A stretch of 64,000 nt of DNA from Escherichia coli O127:H6 str. E2348/69 (GTDB lineage: Bacteria; Pseudomonadota; Gammaproteobacteria; Enterobacterales; Enterobacteriaceae): assembly GCF_000026545.1 (NCBI RefSeq), contig NC_011601.1, one strand, 5' to 3'. Positions within the stretch are counted from its first letter, which is position 1; each line of letters opens with the position of its first letter. Made by a program: the position numbers and the translations under genes. The notes beneath the pieces are model-generated. The model was not told the DNA's origin and did not search any database. It was given only the letters and a program-made list of their open reading frames with translations. Below, in pieces: positions 25,930-41,508 of the stretch.

Positions 25930-26165
25930 GTGGGCGCAGAGCGATACTTCGCTACTATTTTCACCCAGAAGTGCTCCACCACTTGCGAAACGCCCGACTG
26001 CGAACGCTTCTGGTGACAACCCAGGGGATTCAGCCCCTGTAGCCGATGATGAACGTGGCCAGCCGTTCAATCACCTCGGCGATGCACCCCCTCAGGTGTT
26101 ATCACAGGACTGGCTCCTCCAACACCGTTACTTGGGCAACGCGCCTCTTCTGGCCTGCGCTAGCG
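25930..26165 (-). ncRNA. Lysine riboswitch (L box) in the lysC leader
   Basis: Minus-strand leader contains GAAGAGGCGCGTTGCCCAAGTAACGGTGTTGGAGGAGCCAG, the conserved 5' portion of LYS elements; extent approximate. Confidence 0.65.
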
Positions 26166-26393
26166 CAGGTAGTACATTTATAAATAAAGGGTGAGCGGGG
26201 CGGTTGTCAACGATGGGGTCATGCGGATTTTTCATCCACTCCTGGCGGTCAGTAGTTCAGCTAATAAATGCTTCACTGCGCTAAGGGTTTACACTCAACA
26301 TTACGCTAACGGCACTAAAACCATCACATTTTTCTGTGACTGGCGCTACAATCTTCCAAAGTCACAATTCTCAAAATCAGAAGAGTATTGCTA

Positions 26394-28043
26394 ATGAAAA
26401 ACATCAATCCAACGCAGACCGCTGCCTGGCAGGCACTACAGAAACACTTCGATGAAATGAAAGACGTTACGATCGCCGATCTTTTTGCTAAAGACGGCGA
26501 TCGTTTTTCTAAGTTCTCCGCAACCTTCGACGATCAGATGCTGGTGGATTACTCCAAAAACCGCATCACTGAAGAGACGCTGGCGAAATTACAAGATCTG
26601 GCGAAAGAGTGCGATCTGGCGGGCGCGATTAAGTCGATGTTCTCTGGCGAGAAGATCAACCGCACTGAAAACCGCGCCGTACTGCACGTAGCGCTGCGTA
26701 ACCGTAGCAATACCCCGATTCTGGTTGATGGCAAAGATGTTATGCCGGAAGTCAACGCGGTGCTGGAGAAGATGAAAACCTTCTCGGAAGCGATTATTTC
26801 CGGTGAGTGGAAAGGCTATACCGGCAAAGCAATCACTGACGTAGTGAACATCGGGATCGGCGGTTCTGACCTCGGCCCGTACATGGTGACTGAAGCACTG
26901 CGTCCATACAAAAACCACCTGAACATGCACTTTGTTTCTAACGTCGATGGGACTCACATCGCGGAAGTGCTGAAAAAAGTAAACCCGGAAACCACGCTGT
27001 TCCTGGTAGCATCTAAAACCTTCACCACTCAGGAAACCATGACCAACGCCCACAGCGCGCGTGACTGGTTCCTTAAAGCGGCAGGTGATGAGAAGCACGT
27101 TGCGAAACACTTTGCGGCGCTCTCAACCAACGCCAAAGCCGTTGGCGAGTTTGGTATTGATACTGCCAACATGTTCGAGTTCTGGGACTGGGTCGGCGGT
27201 CGTTACTCTTTGTGGTCAGCGATTGGCCTGTCGATTGTTCTCTCCATCGGCTTTGATAACTTCGTTGAACTGCTTTCTGGCGCACACGCGATGGACAAGC
27301 ATTTCTCCACCACGCCTGCCGAGAAAAACCTGCCTGTACTGCTGGCGCTGATTGGCATCTGGTACAACAATTTCTTTGGCGCGGAAACTGAAGCGATTCT
27401 GCCGTATGACCAGTATATGCACCGTTTCGCGGCGTACTTCCAGCAGGGCAATATGGAATCCAACGGTAAGTATGTTGACCGTAACGGTAAGGTTGTGGAT
27501 TACCAGACTGGCCCGATTATCTGGGGTGAACCTGGCACGAACGGTCAGCACGCGTTCTATCAGCTGATCCACCAGGGAACCAAAATGGTACCGTGCGATT
27601 TCATCGCTCCGGCTATCACCCATAACCCGCTCTCTGATCATCACCAGAAACTGCTGTCTAACTTCTTTGCTCAGACCGAAGCGCTGGCGTTTGGTAAATC
27701 CCGCGAAGTGGTTGAGCAGGAATATCGCGATCAGGGTAAAGATCCGGCAACGCTTGACTACGTGGTGCCGTTCAAAGTGTTCGAAGGTAACCGCCCGACT
27801 AACTCCATCCTGCTGCGTGAAATCACTCCGTTCAGCCTGGGTGCGTTGATTGCGCTGTATGAGCACAAAATCTTTACTCAGGGCGTGATCCTGAACATCT
27901 TCACCTTCGACCAGTGGGGCGTGGAGCTGGGTAAACAACTGGCGAACCGTATTCTGCCAGAGCTGAAAGATGATAAAGAAATCAGCAGCCACGATAGCTC
28001 GACCAATGGTCTGATTAACCGCTATAAAGCGTGGCGCGGTTAA
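26394..28043 (+). CDS. pgi: Glucose-6-phosphate isomerase
   Basis: 549-aa [22 protein letters not shown]...; PGI signature throughout. Confidence 0.95.
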
Positions 28044-28058
28044 TTAAATAACCCTAAT

Positions 28059-28088
28059 AAAAATGCCGACGTTATGTCGGCATTTTTT
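28059..28088 (+). terminator. Rho-independent terminator after pgi
   Basis: Hairpin aaaaatgccgac-gttat-gtcggcatttttt. Confidence 0.7.
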
Positions 28089-28396
28089 ATCAGATAAATC
28101 CCCTTGTCTGTGATTTAACGGAAATCATACTGTGAGGTTAATCCTAAAATAGATTTTTTATCATGGTTGATTTCGAAAAATACGTAGATTAATTATTTAT
28201 GATTTTATTTTAACTATTTGATTTTTAATATTGTTTATATATGATCTGAAGCTTATATTTGATATTCATTCCAATTATCCTAAAACCCCATCGCTAATTC
28301 ACCGCGCCGTAATTCGCATGCTTTAGTTGTGTATACTCGATCCCGCCCGAAATGTTTTTGGGTAAATCTCCATTCATTCAATGAAGGGAAATTGTT

Positions 28397-28639
28397 ATGA
28401 AAAAAGTTCTGTATGGCATTTTTGCCATATCTGCGCTTGCGGCGACTTCTGCGTGGGCTGCACCTGTACAGGTGGGCGAAGCGGCAGGGTCGGCAGCAAC
28501 GTCGGTTTCGGCGGGGAGTTCCTCCGCGACCAGCGTCAGCACCGTAAGCTCGGCGGTGGGTGTCGCGCTCGCGGCAACCGGTGGCGGTGATGGTTCTAAT
28601 ACCGGGACCACCACAACCACGACCACCAGTACCCAGTAA
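28397..28639 (+). CDS. yjbE: Small secreted low-complexity protein YjbE (Ala/Ser/Thr-rich, poly-Thr tail)
   Basis: 80-aa ORF with signal peptide [21 protein letters not shown] and low-complexity mature part ending [11 protein letters not shown]. Confidence 0.75.
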
Positions 28640-28752
28640 TAAAGTATGCATCCCCAAAATAATTCGAGTCATCGCATCTGTGGCTTGAAGTATGAAGGGA
28701 TTTACCATAACCACACTCCGGTGTGGTTATTCTGCCCCTCTGGAGAAGAGTC

Positions 28753-29391
28753 GTGAAGCGACCAGCACTCATTCTTATCTGCCTGCTATTACAGGCCTGT
28801 TCAGCCACGACTAAAGAGCTGGGCAATTCACTGTGGGACAGTCTGTTCGGTACGCCAGGCGTACAGCTGACGGACGATGATATTCAAAATATGCCCTACG
28901 CCAGCCAGTACATGCAGCTTAATGGCGGGCCGCAGTTATTTGTGGTGCTGGCCTTCGCTGAAGACGGACAACAAAAATGGGTCACTCAGGATCAGGCCAC
29001 CCTTGTCACACAACATGGTCGTCTGGTGAAGACTTTGCTTGGCGGCGACAACCTGATTGAAGTGAATAACCTTGCCGCCGACCCGCTGATTAAACCCGCA
29101 CAAATCATTGATGGTGCAACCTGGACGCGCACGATGGGCTGGACCGAGTACCAGCAGGTACGCTACGCCACCGCGCGCTCAGTCTTCAAATGGAATGGCA
29201 CCGATACCGTCAAAGTCGGCAGCGATGAAACCCCGGTTCGCGTGCTGGACGAAGAAGTCTCCACCGACCAGGCGCGCTGGCATAACCGCTATTGGATCGA
29301 CAGCGAAGGGCAAATTCGCCAGTCGGAACAGTATCTCGGCGCGGATTACTTCCCGGTGAAAACCACCCTTATCAAGGCGGCAAAACAATGA
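28753..29391 (+). CDS. yjbF: Lipoprotein YjbF
   Basis: GTG start giving VKRPALILICLLLQACS (lipobox); SD ggagaagag upstream. Confidence 0.75.
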   Translation: MKRPALILICLLLQACSATTKELGNSLWDSLFGTPGVQLTDDDIQNMPYASQYMQLNGGPQLFVVLAFAEDGQQKWVTQDQATLVTQHGRLVKTLLGGDNLIEVNNLAADPLIKPAQIIDGATWTRTMGWTEYQQVRYATARSVFKWNGTDTVKVGSDETPVRVLDEEVSTDQARWHNRYWIDSEGQIRQSEQYLGADYFPVKTTLIKAAKQ

Positions 29392-30125
29392 TTAAACAAA
29401 CTATTGTCGCGTTGCTTTTGAGTGCGGGGGCGTCATCAGTCTTCGCGGCGGGAACCGTCAAGGTGTTCAGCAATGGCAGCAGTGAGGCCAAAACGCTGAC
29501 GGGCGCAGAGCATTTAATCGATCTGGTAGGCCAACCGCGGCTGGCAAACAGCTGGTGGCCTGGTGCGGTAATTAGCGAAGAGCTGGCCACGGCGGCAGCA
29601 TTGCGTCAGCAGCAGGCGTTGCTGACACGGCTGGCAGAACTGGCTGCAGATTCCAGCGCCGACGATGCCGCCGCGATTAACGCCTTACGCCAGCAAATTC
29701 AGGCGTTGAAAGTGACGGGCAGGCAAAAAATCAATCTTGATCCTGATATCGTCCGCGTTGCCGAACGCGGTAACCCGCCGTTGCAGGGCAACTACACGCT
29801 GTGGGTCGGAACGCCGCCGTCCACGGTCACGTTGTTCGGGCTTATCAGTCGTCCTGGCAAGCAGTCATTCACTCCAGGTCGCGACGTGGCGAGCTATCTC
29901 TCTGACCAGAGCCTGCTCAGCGGTGCGGATCGCAGCTACGCGTGGGTGGTTTACCCGGACGGACGCACGCAAAAAGCGCCGGTGGCTTACTGGAACAAGC
30001 GTCACGTAGAGCCGATGCCCGGCAGCATTATTTATGTTGGCCTCGCGGACTCCGTCTGGAGTGAGACACCTGATGCCCTTAACGCCGACATTCTTCAGAC
30101 TCTGACGCAGCGGATACCCCAATAA
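29388..30125 (+). CDS. yjbG: Periplasmic protein YjbG
   Basis: Start [20 protein letters not shown] (signal peptide), ATGA-overlapped with the yjbF stop. Confidence 0.75.
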   Translation: MIKQTIVALLLSAGASSVFAAGTVKVFSNGSSEAKTLTGAEHLIDLVGQPRLANSWWPGAVISEELATAAALRQQQALLTRLAELAADSSADDAAAINALRQQIQALKVTGRQKINLDPDIVRVAERGNPPLQGNYTLWVGTPPSTVTLFGLISRPGKQSFTPGRDVASYLSDQSLLSGADRSYAWVVYPDGRTQKAPVAYWNKRHVEPMPGSIIYVGLADSVWSETPDALNADILQTLTQRIPQ

Positions 30126-32221
30126 TGAAAAAAAGACATCTGCTTAGCTTACTGGCGCTGGGCATTAGCACAGCTTGCTACGGCGAAACATATCCTGCGC
30201 CCATTGGTCCGTCGCAATCGGATTTCGGTGGCGTAGGATTATTACAAACGCCCACCGCGCGCATGGCGCGGGAAGGGGAGCTGAGCCTGAACTATCGCGA
30301 TAACGATCAGTACCGTTATTACTCAGCGTCAGTGCAACTCTTCCCGTGGCTGGAAACAACGCTGCGCTACACCGACGTGCGCACCCGGCAGTACAGCAGC
30401 GTCGAAGCGTTCTCTGGCGATCAAACGTATAAAGATAAAGCCTTCGATCTCAAACTGCGTTTGTGGGAAGAGAGTTATTGGCTGCCGCAAGTGGCGGTTG
30501 GTGCGCGGGATATCGGCGGTACGGGGCTGTTTGATGCGGAATATCTTGTTGCCAGCAAAGCCTGGGGGCCGTTCGATTTTACACTCGGCCTGGGCTGGGG
30601 ATATCTGGGCACCAGCGGTAACGTGAAAAATCCGCTCTGTTCAGCCAGTGATAAATATTGCTATCGCGATAACAGCTACAAACAGGCGGGATCTATCGAC
30701 GGCAGCCAGATGTTCCACGGCCCGGCCTCACTGTTTGGCGGCGTGGAATACCAGACGCCCTGGCAACCGCTGCGTCTGAAACTGGAGTATGAAGGCAATA
30801 ATTATCAGCAGGATTTTGCCGGAAAGCTGGAGCAAAAAAGTAAGTTTAACGTCGGGGCGATTTATCGCGTTACCGATTGGGCCGACGTTAACCTTAGCTA
30901 TGAACGTGGCAACACTTTTATGTTTGGCGTCACGCTGCGCACCAACTTTAACGATCTGCGCCCGTCTTACAACGATAACGCCCGCCCGCAATATCAACCG
31001 CAGCCGCAGGATGCCATTTTGCAGCATTCGGTGGTGGCGAATCAGTTAACGCTGTTGAAATACAATGCCGGACTTGCCGATCCGCAGATCCAGGCGAAAG
31101 GCGATACGCTGTATGTTACCGGCGAGCAGGTGAAATATCGTGATCCGCGCGAAGGGAGCATCCGTGCTAATCGGATCGTGATGAACGATCTACCGGATGG
31201 GATCAAAACGATCCGCATTACGGAAAATCGCCTTAACATGCCGCAGGTGACGACGGAAACCGATGTCGCCAGCCTGAAAAATCATCTCGCCGGAGAGCCG
31301 TTGGGCCACGAAACGAAGCTGGCGCAAAAACGCGTCGAGCCAGTGGTTCCGAAGTCCACCGAGCAGGGCTGGTATATCGACAAATCGCGCTTTGATTTTC
31401 ATATTGATCCGGTGCTGAACCAGTCGGTCGGTGGCCCGGAAAACTTTTACATGTATCAGCTGGGCGTGATGGGAACGGCGGATTTGTGGCTGACGGACCA
31501 TCTGCTGACCACCGGCAGCCTGTTTGCTAACCTTGCCAACAACTACGACAAGTTTAACTACACCAATCCACCGCAGGACTCGCACTTACCGCGCGTGCGT
31601 ACCCATGTGCGCGAGTATGTGCAGAACGATGTCTATGTGAATAACCTGCAAGCCAACTACTTCCAGCATCTGGGCAACGGCTTCTACGGTCAGGTCTACG
31701 GAGGTTATCTCGAAACCATGTTTGGCGGTGCGGGGGCAGAAGTGTTGTATCGCCCGCTGGACAGCAACTGGGCGTTTGGTGTGGATGCCAACTACGTTAA
31801 ACAGCGCGACTGGCGTAGTGCAAAAGATATGATGAAATTCACCGACTACAGCGTGAAAACCGGACATCTGACCGCCTACTGGACGCCATCTTTCGCTCAG
31901 GATGTGTTAGTGAAAGCGAGCGTCGGGCAGTATCTGGCAGGGGATAAAGGCGGCACGCTGGAGATCGCCAAACGCTTTGATAGCGGCGTGGTGGTGGGTG
32001 GCTATGCCACGATCACGAATGTTTCGAAAGAGGAGTACGGCGAAGGGGACTTCACCAAAGGCGTGTATGTCTCTGTACCGCTGGATCTCTTCTCGTCTGG
32101 CCCGACACGCAGCCGTGCGGCAATTGGCTGGACGCCGCTGACGCGTGACGGTGGTCAGCAACTTGGGCGTAAGTTCCAGTTGTATGATATGACCAGCGAC
32201 CGTAGCGTCAATTTCCGCTAA
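30125..32221 (+). CDS. yjbH: Outer-membrane beta-barrel-like protein YjbH
   Basis: 698-aa ORF with signal peptide, TAATG overlap with yjbG; fourth gene of the yjbEFGH cluster. Confidence 0.8.
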   Translation: MKKRHLLSLLALGISTACYGETYPAPIGPSQSDFGGVGLLQTPTARMAREGELSLNYRDNDQYRYYSASVQLFPWLETTLRYTDVRTRQYSSVEAFSGDQTYKDKAFDLKLRLWEESYWLPQVAVGARDIGGTGLFDAEYLVASKAWGPFDFTLGLGWGYLGTSGNVKNPLCSASDKYCYRDNSYKQAGSIDGSQMFHGPASLFGGVEYQTPWQPLRLKLEYEGNNYQQDFAGKLEQKSKFNVGAIYRVTDWADVNLSYERGNTFMFGVTLRTNFNDLRPSYNDNARPQYQPQPQDAILQHSVVANQLTLLKYNAGLADPQIQAKGDTLYVTGEQVKYRDPREGSIRANRIVMNDLPDGIKTIRITENRLNMPQVTTETDVASLKNHLAGEPLGHETKLAQKRVEPVVPKSTEQGWYIDKSRFDFHIDPVLNQSVGGPENFYMYQLGVMGTADLWLTDHLLTTGSLFANLANNYDKFNYTNPPQDSHLPRVRTHVREYVQNDVYVNNLQANYFQHLGNGFYGQVYGGYLETMFGGAGAEVLYRPLDSNWAFGVDANYVKQRDWRSAKDMMKFTDYSVKTGHLTAYWTPSFAQDVLVKASVGQYLAGDKGGTLEIAKRFDSGVVVGGYATITNVSKEEYGEGDFTKGVYVSVPLDLFSSGPTRSRAAIGWTPLTRDGGQQLGRKFQLYDMTSDRSVNFR

Positions 32222-32267
32222 GTCATGGGAAAGGTGCCAGTTTTCGCACTCACTGGCACCTTCATTC

Positions 32268-32546
32268 TTAATGGCCTGTCGAGCCATCAGGAACGCAGTT
32301 CACCCCCGGTTTGCGATCTGGTGTGTAAAGGCGAAAACATTCTGTCTTCCTGTCCGTCGATATCGGTTGCAGGTCTGGTTGCCTGAGCGACTGGGCCATC
32401 ATTGGGCTGGAGACATTGCTTTGCGGTAGGTCGGTTTTATCAGCAGTATCGAGCGGACCAGCATAAGCAGGAAGAACAGAGACTGATAACATCAAAGCAG
32501 CAAAATAAGGCTTCATTTTTACCACCTTTATCAGGTTACGTTTCAT
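32268..32546 (-). CDS. yjbT: Small secreted protein (YjbT-like)
   Basis: 92-aa minus-strand ORF with N-terminal signal-like segment; gene name from recalled K-12 position. Confidence 0.5.
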   Translation of the reverse strand: MKRNLIKVVKMKPYFAALMLSVSVLPAYAGPLDTADKTDLPQSNVSSPMMAQSLRQPDLQPISTDRKTECFRLYTPDRKPGVNCVPDGSTGH

Positions 32547-32760
32547 TTGTTCCAGAGGAACATTGTCGATTTTTCGCGCATTGCTGGTGGCTGGGAATCA
32601 CCTGAATGGGTGATTTTTTTGGGCTGTGTGTTTTGCCAGATGCGACGTTGATGGGAGATGCCCACTTAATTGAGCTGAACAAAACATACACAAAAAATAT
32701 AGATCTCCGTCACATTTTTGCGTTATACAGGAAGCTCGCCACTATGAAGGAGGTACTGCT

Positions 32761-33171
32761 ATGACGTCACTCTCTCGTCCGCGCGTGGAGTTTATCTCCA
32801 CCATTTTGCAGACCGTACTCAATCTTGGCCTGTTGTGCCTCGGCCTGATTTTGGTTGTCTTCCTCGGCAAAGAAACGGTGCATCTGGCTGATGTGCTGTT
32901 CGCGCCAGAACAAACCAGTAAATATGAGCTGGTAGAAGGGCTGGTGGTTTATTTTCTCTATTTCGAATTTATCGCGCTGATTGTGAAGTACTTTCAGTCC
33001 GGTTTTCACTTCCCGCTACGTTACTTTGTCTATATTGGGATCACCGCCATTGTGCGCTTGATCATCGTCGATCATAAATCGCCACTGGATGTGTTGATCT
33101 ACTCGGCAGCGATCCTGTTACTGGTGATCACCCTGTGGCTGTGTAATTCGAAACGGCTGAAGCGGGAGTAA
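32761..33171 (+). CDS. psiE: Phosphate-starvation-inducible inner-membrane protein PsiE
   Basis: 136-aa ORF with four hydrophobic segments, [29 protein letters not shown]... Confidence 0.88.
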
Positions 33172-33264
33172 AAAAAGGCGCTCCGTGGAGCGCCGAATAA
33201 CAGTCACAAGTTGGGATAACGTAAGTTGAGGGTGCAGCGGCATAACATTGGCAGAACAACATCT

Positions 33265-34155
33265 TTAACCTTTCACACCACCTGCCGTCAGGCCGTTGAC
33301 CAGCCAGCGTTGAGCCAGCAAGAAGACGATGGTGATCGGTAATGCAGACATCACGGCAGCGGCGGCAAAGTCACCCCACAGGTAGTTTTGCGGGTTGAGG
33401 TATTGCTGCATCCCCACAGCCAGGGTGTAGCTGTTTACGTCACGCAGTAATAGCGACGCGACCGGAACTTCAGTAATGGCAGCGATAAACGACAGGATGA
33501 ACACAACCGCCAGAATCGGTACTGACAGCGGCAACAGGACAAGGCGGAAGGCCTGCCACGGTGTCGCACCATCCAGCGCCGCCGCTTCTTCCAGCGAACT
33601 GTCGATGGTTTCGAAATAACCTTTGATGGTCCAGACATGCAGCGCAATCCCACCCAGATACGCGAAAATTACGCCGCCGTGAGTATTCAGGCCAATGAAT
33701 GGAATGTACTCACCCAGACGATCAAACAACGCATACAACGCGACCAGTGAAAGTACTGCCGGGAACATCTGGAAAATCAGCATTCCTTTCAGCAGCGTCG
33801 CTTTGCCTGGAAAGCGCATACGGGCGAAAGCGTAGGCGCAGGTGGTGGAGAGCGCCACAATGCCAATCGCGGAAATCCCGGCGACCTTTACCGAGTTCCA
33901 CAGCCACAGCAGTACCGGGAATGGCGGTGGCGTAATGCGACCATCAGCCTGTTCCACGCTAAAACCTAACGCCAGTTTCCAGTGATCCCAGGAGATTTGC
34001 TCCGGGATCAGACTACCGGTCGCGAAGTTCCCCTGACGCAGCGAGATGGCGACGACCATCAGCAGCGGGAACATAATTGCCGCGATAAAAAGTAGCAGTA
34101 GCAGGTGAGTAATAAACAAACGTGCTTTTTGCGATTTCGGTTGGACCATTGCCAT
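33265..34155 (-). CDS. malG: Maltose ABC transporter permease MalG
   Basis: 296 aa; EAA permease motif region; downstream of malF. Confidence 0.93.
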
Positions 34156-34169
34156 TTTTGTTATCTCCC

Positions 34170-35714
34170 TTAATCAAACTTCATTCGCGTGGCTTTCAGG
34201 TTCACTATCGCCAGCGCGCCCACCAGCAGGAAGATCAGCGTGGCAATTGCTGCTGCCAGACCGAAGTCCTGACCCCCGCCGCCTTCAAAAGCGATACGGT
34301 AGGTGTAGTTAACAAGCAGGTCGGTATAACCGGCTGGCGTGGTCGTGCCAAGACGATCCGGGCCGCCGTTGGTTAACAGTTGAATCAGCACGAAGTTGTT
34401 AAAGTTAAATGCAAAGCTGGCGATCATCAGCGGCGTCAGCGGTTTAATCAGCAGCGGCAGCGTAATCTTAAAGAAGTTCTGGAATGGACCTGCGCCATCC
34501 ATTGCTGAGGCTTCATACAAATCGTCCGGAATCGCTTTCAGCAAGCCCATGCAGAGGATCATCATGTACGGATAACCCAGCCAGGTGTTGACGATAATCA
34601 GCATCGTGCGGGCGGTGGTCGGATCGCTGAACCAGGCGGGCTTCACGCCAAACAGCGCGCTCAACATCATGTTGATTTCACCGAAACTCTGGTTAAACAA
34701 CCCTTTGAAAATCAAGATTGAAATGAACGATGGCACCGCGTAGGGCAGAATCAGCAGGACGCGATAGACCGCTTTGCCGCGCAACGCTTCCCACTGCACC
34801 AGACACGCCAGAACCATGCCGACCGCCACCGTTAAAAAGACAGTGATCAGCGAGAACACCACGGTCCAGACGAAAATGGCGAGGAACGGTTTCTGAATGC
34901 CTTCGTCGGTAAAGACGCGGGTAAAGTTTTTCCAGCCGGTGGTCACGGTGTAACCGGGGCTTAGCTTTTCATCCCCCCAGTTACCGTCGGCGGTAATGGA
35001 TTGGTAAAAACCAATTTGGTTATTCGGCCGATATTTCACGCCGCTCTGGTTATTCGTCAACGTGCCGTCACCGTCGAGTGTGTAGAGCGGCTGCGTGCCA
35101 GAAAACTGGCGCAGGGAGCTCATCATCACTTTGTTGCCATCCGGCAGAATGGCGGTAATGTCACTCAGTGCCTGACGATTCTGGGTAATTACGCGCAGAT
35201 TCGCGCGTTCGCCTTCGGGCTGGGCGGTCGTTTCTTTCAGTTGCAGTTTTTGCTCGCCGCCAAATTTAAAAGCGTCGGAGAGGTAATTTTTGCCGGTTTC
35301 GCCGTCGCTGAGCGCCAGTTGCCACTCATCGCCCGCCGGATAAAGACCAAAATTATAGATTTTGCCTGCTTGCCAGGAGCGATCTAGCAACACTTCCTGC
35401 GCACGTTCAAAAGTCAGCTGGTTAGTGCTGCTGTAGTTGGTGAAGGCAATGGCGATGGTGCAGACCAGAGGGAAGAGGACGAATAATCCCATTCCAGCCA
35501 TTCCCGGGTAAACATAGCGCCAGGCGTAGGCTTTACGATTGGCGAAAATATACAGCCCCGCTGAGCTCAATATCAGCGTGGTAATGGCGAACAGGTATTC
35601 CCCTTGTGCGTACATTAAAACAACAAGGTAACCCACCAGCAGGCCGAGCAGACCTAACACTGACCATTTCAGCGCGTCGCTTTGCCACCAATGTTTCTTT
35701 TTAATGACATCCAT
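34170..35714 (-). CDS. malF: Maltose ABC transporter permease MalF
   Basis: ORF 34170..35729; start set at [17 protein letters not shown] (514 aa). Confidence 0.93.
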   Translation of the reverse strand: MDVIKKKHWWQSDALKWSVLGLLGLLVGYLVVLMYAQGEYLFAITTLILSSAGLYIFANRKAYAWRYVYPGMAGMGLFVLFPLVCTIAIAFTNYSSTNQLTFERAQEVLLDRSWQAGKIYNFGLYPAGDEWQLALSDGETGKNYLSDAFKFGGEQKLQLKETTAQPEGERANLRVITQNRQALSDITAILPDGNKVMMSSLRQFSGTQPLYTLDGDGTLTNNQSGVKYRPNNQIGFYQSITADGNWGDEKLSPGYTVTTGWKNFTRVFTDEGIQKPFLAIFVWTVVFSLITVFLTVAVGMVLACLVQWEALRGKAVYRVLLILPYAVPSFISILIFKGLFNQSFGEINMMLSALFGVKPAWFSDPTTARTMLIIVNTWLGYPYMMILCMGLLKAIPDDLYEASAMDGAGPFQNFFKITLPLLIKPLTPLMIASFAFNFNNFVLIQLLTNGGPDRLGTTTPAGYTDLLVNYTYRIAFEGGGGQDFGLAAAIATLIFLLVGALAIVNLKATRMKFD

Positions 35715-35744
35715 GGGGTTCTTCCTCATTCCAGGACGGATAAG

Positions 35745-35858
<114 letters not shown>

Positions 35859-35867
35859 TTCACAGCA

Positions 35868-37422
<1,555 letters not shown>

Positions 37423-38538
37423 ATGGCGAGCGTACAGCTGCAAAATGTAACGAAAGCCTGGGGCGAGGTCGTGGTATCGAAAGATATCAATCTCGATATC
37501 CATGAAGGTGAATTCGTGGTGTTTGTCGGACCGTCTGGCTGCGGTAAATCGACTTTACTGCGCATGATTGCCGGGCTTGAGACGATCACCAGCGGCGACC
37601 TGTTCATCGGTGAGAAGCGGATGAATGACACTCCGCCTGCAGAACGCGGCGTTGGTATGGTGTTTCAGTCTTACGCGCTCTATCCCCACCTGTCAGTAGC
37701 AGAAAACATGTCATTTGGCCTGAAACTGGCGGGCGCGAAAAAAGAAGTGATTAACCAGCGAGTTAACCAGGTTGCGGAAGTGCTGCAACTGGCGCATTTG
37801 CTGGATCGCAAACCGAAAGCGCTCTCCGGTGGTCAGCGTCAGCGTGTGGCGATTGGCCGTACGCTGGTGGCCGAGCCAAGCGTATTTTTGCTCGATGAAC
37901 CGCTCTCCAACCTCGATGCTGCACTGCGTGTGCAAATGCGTATCGAAATCTCCCGTCTGCATAAACGCCTGGGCCGCACAATGATTTACGTCACCCACGA
38001 TCAGGTCGAAGCGATGACGCTGGCCGACAAAATCGTGGTGCTGGACGCTGGTCGCGTGGCGCAGGTTGGGAAACCGCTGGAGCTGTATCACTATCCGGCA
38101 GACCGTTTTGTCGCCGGATTTATCGGTTCGCCAAAGATGAACTTCCTGCCAGTAAAAGTGACCGCCACCGCAATCGATCAAGTGCAGGTGGAGCTGCCGA
38201 TGCCGAATCGTCAGCAAGTCTGGCTACCGGTCGAAAGCCGTGATGTCCAGGTGGGAGCCAATATGTCGCTGGGTATTCGCCCGGAACATCTACTGCCGAG
38301 TGATATCGCTGACGTCATCCTTGAGGGTGAAGTTCAGGTCGTCGAGCAACTCGGCAACGAAACGCAAATCCATATCCAGATCCCTTCCATTCGTCAAAAC
38401 CTGGTGTACCGCCAGAACGACGTGGTGTTGGTAGAAGAAGGTGCCACATTCGCTATCGGCCTGCCGCCAGAGCGTTGCCATCTGTTCCGTGAGGATGGCA
38501 CTGCATGTCGTCGACTGCATAAGGAGCCGGGCGTTTAA
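37423..38538 (+). CDS. malK: Maltose ABC transporter ATP-binding protein MalK
   Basis: Start [14 protein letters not shown]; Walker [13 protein letters not shown] signature LSGGQRQR, Walker B LLDEPLS; C-terminal regulatory domain. Confidence 0.95.
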   Translation: MASVQLQNVTKAWGEVVVSKDINLDIHEGEFVVFVGPSGCGKSTLLRMIAGLETITSGDLFIGEKRMNDTPPAERGVGMVFQSYALYPHLSVAENMSFGLKLAGAKKEVINQRVNQVAEVLQLAHLLDRKPKALSGGQRQRVAIGRTLVAEPSVFLLDEPLSNLDAALRVQMRIEISRLHKRLGRTMIYVTHDQVEAMTLADKIVVLDAGRVAQVGKPLELYHYPADRFVAGFIGSPKMNFLPVKVTATAIDQVQVELPMPNRQQVWLPVESRDVQVGANMSLGIRPEHLLPSDIADVILEGEVQVVEQLGNETQIHIQIPSIRQNLVYRQNDVVLVEEGATFAIGLPPERCHLFREDGTACRRLHKEPGV

Positions 38539-38579
38539 GCACCCCACAAAACACACAAAGCCTGTCACAGGTGATGTGA

Positions 38580-39950
<1,371 letters not shown>

Positions 39951-39961
39951 TAGCAAAACCT

Positions 39962-40087
<126 letters not shown>

Positions 40088-40134
40088 AAAACAGCTTTAA
40101 GGGGCGAAAGCCCCTCTGATTATCTGTCTCTTGA

Positions 40135-41508
40135 TCAGATCTCCTGATCAAGAGACTTCATCACCAGGTAACCCTCAACCATATCCTGAAGTCTGAACCA
40201 GCCATCCCACATGACTACCCAACCGGGGCGACCGGTGCGTTTGCTGTCATGCCATCGCCCCAGTTTCGCCAGTTTCAGACAGGCCCATTTCAGTGTCGGC
40301 ATCTGTGACGGAAGCGGTTTTCCTTCCAGCTTAACCCACAGCAGTTTCCACTCTGTCGGCGTCAGTATTTTCTCACAGCTGTCATTTTGTGTTTCTTCAC
40401 TGATACCGCCCTGCCGCAGGCCCAGCACCCGCACCGCGATAAACGCCTTGATAACCACCATGCGCTCGAGGTTATCCCGGGTCTGCATTCGCAGCGATTC
40501 CACACATGTACCACCACTTTTCCACGCCTTGTGGTATTCCTCTATCAGCCAGCGTCGCTCGTAATGGCTGACGATACGTCGCGCATCGGCGGCACTCGCC
40601 ACTTTTTCTGACGTCAGCAGATGCCAGCAGGCGCCGTCCTCTGCCTGCTCCCGGCAACAGACATACGTGAGCGGGAGCGCCTGGCCGCTGTTGTCGGGAT
40701 TTTTTATGCTGACTTCGCTGTAACTGATGAACATCCGGGCCTGGCGGGCTGCCCGCCCGCCTTTTTGCATCACATTCAGCGTGTGGCTTCCCGCGGTTGC
40801 CAGGACTTCCGGCAGTTCGAAGAGCTTGCCGGGTGCTTCTTCCAGCCGGCGATTCTGTGCTGCACGCACCACGAAGCGCTGCCCGTGGCTGACTTTATAA
40901 TGCAGGTAATGCCAGATATCCGCTTCCCGGTCACAGACAGTGATTACCCGTTTCTGTATCTCCCCCAGCCGTTCGGCCATGCGCTCCGAAGCCTGCTGCC
41001 AGCGGTAACTTTCTTTTTCTTCATAGGGACGTTCTTTTCGCTGGTGCTTAACACCGTAGGTGTCCGTGGCACGACTCCAGCGCTGCTGTTCGATAAGACC
41101 GACTGGCAGGGCGCTGTCGGGGGCGTACATCAGGACAGAGTGAGCCAGCAGCCCGCGCGTCTTCGGGTTAGTGGTGGTATTCCCCAGGTCATCAGATGCC
41201 GTACTGTGACTGAAGTTAATGGTGGTGGTGTCTTCCAGCGCGAGGAGCAGCGGATGAGCCTCACATGCCCTTACAGTGGCGGTAAATCCGGCTTCGGCAA
41301 TGGCTTGCGGGGACACAGACGGGTTACGTATCAGGCGGTACGCACCTTCAACCTGAGCAGTGGACTGGGATGATTTCACAATAGAAAGACCTGCATGCTG
41401 AGCGAGAGAAGAGGCCAGTGACACAAGGCGTCGTGTACGACGCGGATCACCGAGACGGGCATGTCCAAACTGCTCGTTAGCCCATGAATAACAATCAGAA
41501 AGTACCAT
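40135..41508 (-). CDS. IS50-like DDE transposase (Tnp_1 family)
   Basis: 457-aa ORF; N-terminal GDPRRTRRLV...EGAYRLIRNP and VCDREADI, RWLIEEYHKAWKSG motifs parallel Tn5 transposase; stop codon embedded in the terminal repeat as in IS50. Confidence 0.85.
   Translation of the reverse strand: MVLSDCYSWANEQFGHARLGDPRRTRRLVSLASSLAQHAGLSIVKSSQSTAQVEGAYRLIRNPSVSPQAIAEAGFTATVRACEAHPLLLALEDTTTINFSHSTASDDLGNTTTNPKTRGLLAHSVLMYAPDSALPVGLIEQQRWSRATDTYGVKHQRKERPYEEKESYRWQQASERMAERLGEIQKRVITVCDREADIWHYLHYKVSHGQRFVVRAAQNRRLEEAPGKLFELPEVLATAGSHTLNVMQKGGRAARQARMFISYSEVSIKNPDNSGQALPLTYVCCREQAEDGACWHLLTSEKVASAADARRIVSHYERRWLIEEYHKAWKSGGTCVESLRMQTRDNLERMVVIKAFIAVRVLGLRQGGISEETQNDSCEKILTPTEWKLLWVKLEGKPLPSQMPTLKWACLKLAKLGRWHDSKRTGRPGWVVMWDGWFRLQDMVEGYLVMKSLDQEI

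Noticed and set aside
27216-27992. 258-aa minus-strand ORF inside pgi
   Set aside because: Entirely antisense to the conserved pgi frame; no SD and no recognisable motif.
28280-28714. Minus-strand ORFs (144 aa, 82 aa) overlapping yjbE
   Set aside because: Products of the low-complexity repetitive yjbE region read in reverse; the plus-strand ORF has a signal peptide and proper SD.
40621-41373. 250-aa plus-strand ORF inside the IS50-like element
   Set aside because: Antisense to the transposase frame, which carries the conserved DDE motifs; no independent support.
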